Positions 31,422-40,303 of a stretch of 64,000 bases of DNA are shown here, piece by piece. Where the stretch lies: assembly GCA_964486045.1 (NCBI GenBank), contig CAZALK010000015.1, positions 1 to 64,000 on the forward strand, written 5' to 3'. This stretch comes from an uncultured archaeon. GTDB taxonomy: Archaea; Asgardarchaeota; Lokiarchaeia; Sigyniarchaeales; SOKP01. The first letter of the stretch is position 1; each line of letters begins with the position of its first letter. Position numbers and translations under genes: made by a program. The notes beneath the pieces are model-generated. The model ran no database searches. It saw nothing but the letters and a program-made list of their open reading frames with translations, and had not been told where the DNA came from.

Positions 31422-34211
31422 ATGAAAGATTATAATCCTCAGAAGATAGAAAAGAAATGGCAATTAAAATGGGAAAAAGACAAAATATTTGAAGTTAAAG
31501 AAGATCAAACGAAGAAAAAATATTATGTGTTAGAAATGTATCCATACCCATCAGGTAAACTTCATATGGGCCACCTTAGAAACTATACAATTGGGGATTG
31601 CTTCGCTAGATTTAAAAGAATGAATAGTTTTAATGTTCTTTATCCAATGGGTTATGATTCGTTTGGCATGCCTGCAGAAAATGCTGCAATTGATCATGGT
31701 GCTAATCCGGAAGAATGGACAAATAGAAATATAGAAACTATGAAAAGGCAGCAAAAAAGGATCGGACTCTCATACGATTGGACAAGAGAAGTATACAGTC
31801 ATAATCCTAACTATTATAAATGGGATCAGTGGTTTTTTTTACAGATGCTAGAAAAGGGATTAGCATATAGACAAGAAAGTTACGTTAATTGGTGCCCAAA
31901 ATGCGCTACAGTTTTAGCCAATGAGCAAGCTCAAGGAGGAAGATGCTGGAGATGCAATTCGATCGTTGATCAAAAGTTTTTAACTCAATGGTTTCTTAAG
32001 ATAAGAGAATATGCTGAAGAATTACTCGAAGGGCTAAATTCAGTTGAATGGCCTGAAAAAGTAAAAATAATGCAACGAAATTGGATTGGGAGATCTAAAG
32101 GTACCATTATAAAATTCCCGATTGTGGACGACAATGAGACTATAGATATTTTTACAACAAGACCTGATACTCTTTATGGAGTTACATTTATGGTTTTTGC
32201 TCCTGAACATCCATGGGTTCGTAAATGGGTAAATGGAACTGACTATAATAAAGATTTCAATAAATTATATAAAGAAGTAATGCATCAAGATAAATTTGAA
32301 CGATCAGATATTGAAATAGAGAAAAAGGGTATGTTCATTGGGAAATATGCTATAAATCCAATAAATAGCGAGAAAATACCCATTTTTATTGGAAATTTCG
32401 TTATTTATGAATATGGGGCAGGTGCCGTTATGGCTGTACCCGCTCATGACCAAAGAGATTTTGAGTTTGCTAAAGAATATGAAATTCCTATTAGAATAGT
32501 CATTCAACCACATGACTACGAATTGAACATGGTCAAAATAACTCGAGCTTATGAGGGTGATGGAGTCCTCGTAAACTCCGATGAATTTAATGGGATGGAA
32601 AATCGTTCTGCGATTAATAAAATTACTGAAAAATTGGTTGAAAAAAAAATGGGAAATGCTACAATTAATTATAAACTAAGAGATTGGGGGATTTCACGTC
32701 AACGTTATTGGGGTTGCCCAATTCCCATTATCTATTGTGATGAATGTGGAATGATTCAAGTACCATATGCGGATTTACCAGTTTATTTACCAAAGGATGT
32801 ATCTTTCACCGGGGAGGGTAATCCATTAGAGAGAAGCGAAGATTTTATTAATACCAAATGTCCTAAATGTGGTAAAAGCGCAAAACGTGAGAGTGATACC
32901 ATGGATACTTTTATAGATAGCTCTTGGTACTTCTTCTCTTTTTGTGATCCACCTTCTGTTGAATCAGATGTCCCATATAACAAAGATATCGTAAATTATT
33001 GGGGTAATGTTGATCAATATATAGGTGGGATAGAACATGCAGTTATGCATTTAATATACGCAAGATTTTTTACAAAAGTTGCACGAGATCTGGGTCTTCA
33101 CAAATTTGATGAACCTTTTCAATCTCTTCTTACTCAAGGAATGATAAATAAACTTCACCCCTTTTGTCTTAATTGTAATGCCTTCTTAATGGAAACCGAA
33201 TTAGAACTGATGAAGTGTAAAAAATGCGGCAATGCAAACCTAATTGAAAAATCCGTTAAAATGAGCAAAAGCTACGGGAATACCGTGGATCCTAGTGATA
33301 TAATTGGCAAATATGGAGCAGATGCCGCAAGATTCTTTATACTATTCGGTGCTAGCCCTTCCTCGGGATTAGAATGGTCCGATGAGGGTGTTGACTACGC
33401 TTATAGGTTTATAAAGAATATTTTTACATTGTTAACAGAACCTTTAAAAAATGTGAGGAAATATTTAACAATTAGAGATACATTGATTAAGTATTATCTG
33501 AATAAGACCATAAAGGAATTTACTGAGAATATGCAGAATTTAGCAATAAGAAGTGCGGTTAATAATTTAATACAATTTACATCAGAACTTGGTAAGTATA
33601 AGGCAGAAGGTATAAAAGAAGAAATTTTCAAAGAATGTCGAGAAAATTTAATTGTTCTTCTTCATCCAATTGCTCCACATATGACGGAAGAAATTTGGGA
33701 GATCATTGGTAAGAAAGGATATTTAAGTTTAACTTCCTGGGTCGATTATAATAAAGACCTTTTAACAGAAGAATCAGATTTTAAGTGGAAATTAATGAAT
33801 ACCATATTAGATGATATTAATAATATAAAAACAGTAATGGGAGAAGAAAAAATAAAAAATATTTCAGTTATCATAGCAGATGAGTGGAAATTGAAGTTTT
33901 ATAGAAAAACTATGTCAATGTTAGAAGAAACTAAAAATAACGGGGAAATTATGAATAAATTGATGCAGTTTGATGATTTAAAGAAGCATAGTAAACAAAT
34001 AGGTAAAATCCTTAGCAGAATACTAAAAAATATTGGTAAATTTCCAAAATTTTCTTTATCTTCAGTTGAAGAATATGAATTTTTCGATGAGATTAAACCA
34101 ATTATTGAAATGAAGTATAGTTGTAAAGTAAAAGTAATTTTTGAGAAAGATTCTCTCGAACAAAAAGCATCTCAAGCTCTCCCAAGTAAACCTGCAATTG
34201 TCATTTTGTGA
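31422..34211 (+). CDS. leuS: Leucine--tRNA ligase: bacterial-type core with archaeal-type C-terminal domain
   Basis: YVLEMYPYPSGKLHMGH, CP1 FTTRPDT and MAVPAHDQRD, KMSKS; C-terminus KASQALPSKPAIVI. Confidence 0.97.
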   Translation: MKDYNPQKIEKKWQLKWEKDKIFEVKEDQTKKKYYVLEMYPYPSGKLHMGHLRNYTIGDCFARFKRMNSFNVLYPMGYDSFGMPAENAAIDHGANPEEWTNRNIETMKRQQKRIGLSYDWTREVYSHNPNYYKWDQWFFLQMLEKGLAYRQESYVNWCPKCATVLANEQAQGGRCWRCNSIVDQKFLTQWFLKIREYAEELLEGLNSVEWPEKVKIMQRNWIGRSKGTIIKFPIVDDNETIDIFTTRPDTLYGVTFMVFAPEHPWVRKWVNGTDYNKDFNKLYKEVMHQDKFERSDIEIEKKGMFIGKYAINPINSEKIPIFIGNFVIYEYGAGAVMAVPAHDQRDFEFAKEYEIPIRIVIQPHDYELNMVKITRAYEGDGVLVNSDEFNGMENRSAINKITEKLVEKKMGNATINYKLRDWGISRQRYWGCPIPIIYCDECGMIQVPYADLPVYLPKDVSFTGEGNPLERSEDFINTKCPKCGKSAKRESDTMDTFIDSSWYFFSFCDPPSVESDVPYNKDIVNYWGNVDQYIGGIEHAVMHLIYARFFTKVARDLGLHKFDEPFQSLLTQGMINKLHPFCLNCNAFLMETELELMKCKKCGNANLIEKSVKMSKSYGNTVDPSDIIGKYGADAARFFILFGASPSSGLEWSDEGVDYAYRFIKNIFTLLTEPLKNVRKYLTIRDTLIKYYLNKTIKEFTENMQNLAIRSAVNNLIQFTSELGKYKAEGIKEEIFKECRENLIVLLHPIAPHMTEEIWEIIGKKGYLSLTSWVDYNKDLLTEESDFKWKLMNTILDDINNIKTVMGEEKIKNISVIIADEWKLKFYRKTMSMLEETKNNGEIMNKLMQFDDLKKHSKQIGKILSRILKNIGKFPKFSLSSVEEYEFFDEIKPIIEMKYSCKVKVIFEKDSLEQKASQALPSKPAIVIL

Positions 34212-34376
34212 TAGAATATTAAATAGTACCATCTTTATATTACTGATTTGGTGTGTTGGCAATAGTATTTTATTAACTTAAGATTAAATAAATTTTTTTT
34301 ATTCAGAAAACATATAATCTAATTATAAAAAGGATCTATTCAAACTCAAAGAAAAATACCAAGGATCATAATTTAA

Positions 34377-35246
34377 ATGACAATATATGAACTCAGTATC
34401 ATTTCAACTACTGGTTTCCCATATTTCAATAAATCTATCAAGCCTATACCTGAAGGGGTGAAAATTTTTCTTAGATTTTTTGATTTTTCTGAAGATAAAT
34501 CTATTATTCATGACCAATTAGATCCCGATTCAAAATTTGATCTCACAGCTGGTTTAATTTCCGCATTATTCGAATTTGCTCGAAATATTGATAAAAAAAT
34601 TGAAAGACTTGAATTTAAAGCCAAGAAATCGGTTGAAAAGAAAAAAAACCTTAAAGAAAAAATACAGTTTAAAGGAGACGTATTGGTTACAGCACAAACA
34701 GAGTCCTTTTTGCTTCATAAATCAGTGCGAGAAAAGATCAGACTGATCTATAATAATTTTATAAACGCTAAAATTCCTCTCGATGCTGCTGATTCAATTA
34801 TAGAGAATGAGGAAAATAAAATTGTGGATATTTTAACAGATACAAAAGCGAGACTAACAATTTCTGATCACCAAAGTGAAATCAAACATGCAGCAAATAA
34901 TTTTATGAATGAAATGAAAGATTATGGTCTTTGGGGAATTTGTATAACATCATTTGATCTCTCCCCTATTAGTATCTATGGTAATAAATATTCTCTTAAG
35001 GATGTGAATGAAATTTTAAGACATATAGGATATATCCCTGAAATAGATCCCTTTGAATGGATATACCGGCAATCTTTCTTTTCTGATGAACAAATTCAAG
35101 TTTGTTTTATCAAATCAGGGATAGGACCAACTGTTGAAGGTTCCTTATTTGAACCTTATTTTTATTTGCTTTTTGCAGACCCACAAAGTTATTTCGGAGA
35201 ATTTCCCGCTAAGTTAACTGCTGCGTTTAATAAAATTCTGGGTTAG
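34377..35246 (+). CDS. Hypothetical protein with a longin-like N-terminal domain
   Basis: IYELSIISTTGFPYF..LTAGLISALFEFA pattern. Confidence 0.6.
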   Translation: MTIYELSIISTTGFPYFNKSIKPIPEGVKIFLRFFDFSEDKSIIHDQLDPDSKFDLTAGLISALFEFARNIDKKIERLEFKAKKSVEKKKNLKEKIQFKGDVLVTAQTESFLLHKSVREKIRLIYNNFINAKIPLDAADSIIENEENKIVDILTDTKARLTISDHQSEIKHAANNFMNEMKDYGLWGICITSFDLSPISIYGNKYSLKDVNEILRHIGYIPEIDPFEWIYRQSFFSDEQIQVCFIKSGIGPTVEGSLFEPYFYLLFADPQSYFGEFPAKLTAAFNKILG

Positions 35247-35275
35247 GAAGCCGAAGTATAAAAGAGGATATTAAT

Positions 35276-36046
35276 CTATTTATATATCTTATCAGCAGCC
35301 AAAATAATTTCAGCTAAGGAATTTGCTTGAAGAGAAGCTCCGCCAACTAAACCTCCATCAATATTTTCCTTACTAAACAAAATCTCAGCATTATTTGGTT
35401 TTACTGAACCTCCATATTGAATTCTGACTAAATCAGCTGTTTCCTGGTCATATTTTTGAGATATTAATTCACGTATAAATAGATGAATCTCTTCGGCTTG
35501 CTCAGGAGTAGCAGTTTTTCCAGTGCCTATTGCCCATATTGGTTCATAGGCAATTACAGTTTGAATCATCAGATCTTTAATAAGACCTTTAAACGTTTCA
35601 TTTATCTGGAATTTTATTATTTCTTTAGTTTTACCCTCTTCTCTTTCTTCTAAGTGTTCCCCTATACAGACAATGGGTTTTAAACCAACTGAAAAGGCTT
35701 TTTTTAGTTTTTTATTTATCAAAACATCTGATTCATTGAATATATCTCTTCTTTCGCTATGTCCAAGTATAACATATTCAACCCCAATTTCTTTTAAAAA
35801 TCTTGGTGATATTTCTCCTGTAAAAGCCCCCACCTCTTCATAGTACATATTTTGAGCTCCTAATCTAACTTTCGAATCTTTTAAAACTTCAAAAGCACTT
35901 ATTAATGATGTAAATGGAGGTGCAATCACAACATCGACGTTTTCTATATCCTTCATTAAAGGGACAAAATTCATTAACATCTTTTTACATTCGGTAGGGG
36001 TACCTCGATTCATTTTCCAATTTCCTCCAACTATTGGTTTTCTCAA
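35276..36046 (-). CDS. tpiA: Triosephosphate isomerase, bacterial/eukaryotic type
   Basis: GNWKMN, GAFTGE, GHSERR, YEPIWAIGTG, GGLVGGASL; TTG start at 36046 after SD GAGGT. Confidence 0.97.
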   Translation of the reverse strand: MRKPIVGGNWKMNRGTPTECKKMLMNFVPLMKDIENVDVVIAPPFTSLISAFEVLKDSKVRLGAQNMYYEEVGAFTGEISPRFLKEIGVEYVILGHSERRDIFNESDVLINKKLKKAFSVGLKPIVCIGEHLEEREEGKTKEIIKFQINETFKGLIKDLMIQTVIAYEPIWAIGTGKTATPEQAEEIHLFIRELISQKYDQETADLVRIQYGGSVKPNNAEILFSKENIDGGLVGGASLQANSLAEIILAADKIYK

Positions 36047-36168
36047 CTTATTAAACCTCAAAATATTTTTCAATTTCAATTTTTCGTTATAAATCAATTA
36101 AGATTAAGAAACTATTAAATCCTCACGAAAACAATTAAAAAAATAAAATCAAAAAGAAGAGGTTAGGC

Positions 36169-36672
36169 TTATTCAGATTTAGGAAGTTTCCCAGGTAATT
36201 TAGTTGCTTCCAAAATCTTTTTTACTTCTTCAATATCAGGTGCAATTATCGGTGGCAAACCCAATTGTGTTCTCCTCCTTTCTATGGCAGGTTGCGATGG
36301 AATTGCTTTCCCATACTCTAACACCGCTGATGCTTGACCTGTATAATGAGTAGGGGCTTCACCTCTCTCTACACTCATATTTTTTAATATCGTAAAAATC
36401 TCTGTTAACTCAACTTTTTGCGGACAGACCTCATCACAGGTATCACATACAGTACATCCCCAAATATTAAAAGAATTTTCCGGTCCAAATATTTTCTCTT
36501 TAAGACCTAGTAAAGCATCTAAAATCAAACGTCTTGGGTTATATCTACCCTCAGTAACTTGCGCTACTGGACACGCTCCACTACATGTTGCACATTGATA
36601 ACAATATGCTAATGTACCTCCAATATCATTTCCAAGAATTTGGTTTCTGAATTCAAAATCTATAGTTGCCAT
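36169..36672 (-). CDS. hdrC: Heterodisulfide reductase subunit C-like 2x[4Fe-4S] protein
   Basis: CYQCATCSGACP and CTVCDTCDEVCP; RRTQLGLP tail. Confidence 0.88.
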   Translation of the reverse strand: MATIDFEFRNQILGNDIGGTLAYCYQCATCSGACPVAQVTEGRYNPRRLILDALLGLKEKIFGPENSFNIWGCTVCDTCDEVCPQKVELTEIFTILKNMSVERGEAPTHYTGQASAVLEYGKAIPSQPAIERRRTQLGLPPIIAPDIEEVKKILEATKLPGKLPKSE

Positions 36673-36988
36673 TTGAGCTGATCTGTTTATCTTATTATTA
36701 TGTAGTATAACTCATTGTCGATTTTAAAATTAATTCTTTTAAAATTTAGTTTTAAACCGATTTATAAATAAATCTAAATTTGTTAAGAAAGAAAAATTTA
36801 ATAGTGTTTCATTTTAAATTACGAGAACCTAAAAATTTCTATACGAAATTTCTACTTAAGATTTATTACATTTTATAAAATTCCGCTGTTAAATCCTAAT
36901 TAAAATAAATAAAAGAAATTAAATATGTATTCTCACAATAGTATTACAAAAACAATACTAATACTATAACACAAAATTTTGATGTATC

Positions 36989-37345
36989 ATGACAAATATT
37001 AATGAACTAAAAGAATTTGGATTGGATATCCCTGACACTATGCAAGAAGGCAAGGTCATCTTAGATGTATATACCGAGTGGTGTGGCCCCTGTAAATTCG
37101 TTAGCCCAATTCTCGAAAAGTTGAAGGAAGAAGGATTAATTAAATTAATAAAGGAAGACCTAGATAAGAATAGGCGACTCGGTGAGCGTTTTGGAATTAC
37201 AGCAATACCAAGTTTTCTTTTCTACAAAAACGGGGAACTTCTAAACCATCCTATAGAAGTTCAAGGCCAGGTCTTGGTGAAGAATGGGCTTATGGTGGGT
37301 GCTAGTGGGGAACCCGTTTTAAGGCAAATAATAGAGAAAATGTAG
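36989..37345 (+). CDS. trxA: Thioredoxin
   Basis: WCGPC active site, cis-Pro AIP. Confidence 0.92.
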   Translation: MTNINELKEFGLDIPDTMQEGKVILDVYTEWCGPCKFVSPILEKLKEEGLIKLIKEDLDKNRRLGERFGITAIPSFLFYKNGELLNHPIEVQGQVLVKNGLMVGASGEPVLRQIIEKM

Positions 37346-37462
37346 TCTTTGTTAAGAATATTATATTTTTTTCATTAAATTTTTATTAATGCCATAGATA
37401 TTACTACATTTTATGGATCCATTATAAATTTCTAATTTTATAATTTATGAATTAATATCATC

Positions 37463-40237
37463 TCAATCATACTGAAATGCTAAATCCTTTATGTAATTCA
37501 GCAAAAAAAGTTGATTTTTTGATCTTAGGAAACCTTCAAGTTCAATTTGAGAGAAATTGAATGATATCTTTATTGTTGAAAGTGCCTTCAAAGCAAGCTT
37601 TTTTAATTTATTTAAATTTTTTTTTTTATACATTGCAGATTTTGCTAACTTTATACTTCTCAAGATTTTTCTGATTAAATTTGAACTAAATCCAAAAAAA
37701 TCTAAAAATGTTTCAGTGTCTATAACTTGGACATTTGACCTAAATGGAATTGCGAGTGGTGTTGGTAAAGGTCCTTTTGCTGTTAAAGAAACGATAAATA
37801 AAAACTTATTCGAACTTTGATAACTTCTAAAACACTTGGCTCTAATATCACTTAAAGAACTACCGAAATGGTAATCAATTGTTATCATTTTAGTATTTTG
37901 GTGGATTTCTGCAAATACTGAAGCTAACTTCGATAATTCCTGAAAATTATCGTTGACCATAATTGCATTATCACATTTTCTTAAGGAATATCGCTCGGAC
38001 TGCTTGCTTGGAGAGATCTCATAAAATGAATCACCCCCAATCAATCGAGTATTCTTTAGAAATAAGTATTCAAGAATCCAATGGAGATATGTACCGATTC
38101 TAGATAGAATTCGAGTTTCAGTTGCTTGAAGACCCCCAGCATTAATTATTTCTTCATAAAAAATATCTCGGTTCAAATACGCATTAATAAAATTACTATG
38201 TCCATTCCGTTCTAGTTGTCCTGTGGTAGGAGCATGACCTTCAGGTATTTTTCTTTTTATCTGCAGATTGGGAATGATCTTCTCGGTTAGGAATTTTGAA
38301 AATGCTTTAATTTGATTTTCACGAGTCTGTTTTTCATTATTATCATCATAATCAATGAAGCGCCATACATTAGGATCATAATTAATATCGATCCCAGAAT
38401 AAATTAACAATTTATTATAAGTAATTTTATACTTTCCTTTAAGTAAAAAATTTAAAAAACCTTTATATCCCCCATCTTCTAGTTGGGATTGTTTTGGAAC
38501 TTCATTTTTTGCAATAATTCCTTTTCCAACTAAATTTGGAATAATAGTTTTTATTAAGTAATTAGATGCAGTAAGTAGTGATTGTTCTCTATCAAATGGA
38601 TTCCCTTCTTCGTCCTTTCTCAAAAAATCAAATTTTTTATTATCATGGCGTAGATTAAAGCCAAGAGCTTTTAAAACGGCATTATAAGGAATATATCTTG
38701 ACTCTATTGCACTTAAAAAATTCACATGCCCATTACTTCTCAAATCTTTATATTTCGGAATTTGTCCAGATTTAAGTATCCTCTTTTCGATTAGATCTGG
38801 TATGATAATGTCTTTTAGATAATTAATAATCTTATTTATACGTTCACTTCGAGACAAAATTTGTCCACTTGGACCAAAATCAAGAAAAATCCATTTTTTT
38901 GGATCAAGATTTAGTTTAAATCCTCCCTCTCTTAATAGCTCATTGTAAGTTACCTTTGGATTTTTTGCTATTAGAATAGCCATAAAACCACCGTAAGAAT
39001 TTTTCTCTAAATGATACTGTTTTGGGGTTTCATTTTTTTTAATAATTCCTTGATCTACTAAGTCAGGGATAATCACCTTTTGTAAATATTCTAAGGCTTT
39101 TTCAATTTTTTTTTCGAAGGATATATGATTTCCAAATTCATCCTTTCTTAAGAATTTCCATCTGTCAAAATCCATTGAAGGTTTTAACCCCATCTGCTTT
39201 ATTAAGGTTGTATACCTTATTTTTCTGTTTCGAAGTGCTTTATAAAATGCTTTAAAACCATTTTTCTCCAAATCTATTCCCATGGGGGGATCAGCTTCTT
39301 TAATAACTCTTTTTCTAACTAAATCTGGGATTATCACTTCTTTGATAAATTGAACTATCAACTCAGGATGATGATTCATCCATTCCCAACGAGATTTTAA
39401 TTCTTCATAAATAATGTTCTTATTTCTAAGAAATTCTTTCTCAATTTTTATGATATTATTATTTCTAGAATTTTCTTTTAATTTCAATTGGTTTTCGTTC
39501 AAGTTATAATCAAATTCGTCTGATATGAGATCTTGTGAAATTCTAAAATTTTCAATGTTAAAATTTCTCAGATCTTTGAGTATGGTTTGTTCAAACTTTG
39601 GAAGGCTCTCCGGTTCATCATTATAAGACACAAGCTCATAAACCATATTTATTAACCATCGTAGGAAAATCTTAAAATTATTCCTAAAGCGCGTGCTTCT
39701 TTTTATTTTCGACTGGAATCTCCTGAGGTGGTTTTCAAACACCTTTCGGGGGATTTTATGTAGATTAGTCAAGAAAGCATCATTTATTTTCATATTCATG
39801 GTAGGTTCTAAATTGTCTTCAATTTGGCTTATAAGAGTTTCAGAGAGTTCAATTTGGTCTGCCTTCAGCTGTGAAATATCTACTAAATCTCTGAGTGAAT
39901 CAAAAATTATGCGACAAATGACAATATTAAAGTTTTCTTTAAAAATTAGGGGGAAATCAGAGTCGCCAAGCATTTTATCGATAGGATCCTTTTCAATTCT
40001 CACTTTTTCATAAATTCGGCTTACCCTAGATTTCTTTTTATTCTTTCTTTTAGAGTTTGAATCGACTTTAGCTTTAATTTGGCTCTTATTTATATTATTT
40101 ATTGGATAATCATTGGAATTAAAGATTTCAGTTCCGCAATTTTCACAGAATACAGAATCGCTATTTTCAGCAATGTTTTGAGGGAAATCAGCTGGAAATT
40201 TCCACCCACAATAATTACAATTCTTATTTTCTAGCAT
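37463..40237 (-). CDS. Zn-ribbon + five helical repeats + putative PD-(D/E)xK-like nuclease
   Basis: CNYCG..CENCG; five IIP(D/N)L repeats; C-terminal GTYLH..LE..YE..CDN..IDY..K..Y..LFIV. Confidence 0.7.
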   Translation of the reverse strand: MLENKNCNYCGWKFPADFPQNIAENSDSVFCENCGTEIFNSNDYPINNINKSQIKAKVDSNSKRKNKKKSRVSRIYEKVRIEKDPIDKMLGDSDFPLIFKENFNIVICRIIFDSLRDLVDISQLKADQIELSETLISQIEDNLEPTMNMKINDAFLTNLHKIPRKVFENHLRRFQSKIKRSTRFRNNFKIFLRWLINMVYELVSYNDEPESLPKFEQTILKDLRNFNIENFRISQDLISDEFDYNLNENQLKLKENSRNNNIIKIEKEFLRNKNIIYEELKSRWEWMNHHPELIVQFIKEVIIPDLVRKRVIKEADPPMGIDLEKNGFKAFYKALRNRKIRYTTLIKQMGLKPSMDFDRWKFLRKDEFGNHISFEKKIEKALEYLQKVIIPDLVDQGIIKKNETPKQYHLEKNSYGGFMAILIAKNPKVTYNELLREGGFKLNLDPKKWIFLDFGPSGQILSRSERINKIINYLKDIIIPDLIEKRILKSGQIPKYKDLRSNGHVNFLSAIESRYIPYNAVLKALGFNLRHDNKKFDFLRKDEEGNPFDREQSLLTASNYLIKTIIPNLVGKGIIAKNEVPKQSQLEDGGYKGFLNFLLKGKYKITYNKLLIYSGIDINYDPNVWRFIDYDDNNEKQTRENQIKAFSKFLTEKIIPNLQIKRKIPEGHAPTTGQLERNGHSNFINAYLNRDIFYEEIINAGGLQATETRILSRIGTYLHWILEYLFLKNTRLIGGDSFYEISPSKQSERYSLRKCDNAIMVNDNFQELSKLASVFAEIHQNTKMITIDYHFGSSLSDIRAKCFRSYQSSNKFLFIVSLTAKGPLPTPLAIPFRSNVQVIDTETFLDFFGFSSNLIRKILRSIKLAKSAMYKKKNLNKLKKLALKALSTIKISFNFSQIELEGFLRSKNQLFLLNYIKDLAFQYD
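38125..39360 (-). repeat. Five intragenic repeats with alternating 261/267-bp periods
   Basis: IIPxL codons start (minus strand) at 39334, 39073, 38806, 38545, 38278. Confidence 0.9.
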
Positions 40238-40303
40238 TGACTTTTAGACTAATCCAAGATATATAAACAAAAAAAAAAAACCAATTTCGAGTAAAACATA
40301 GCT

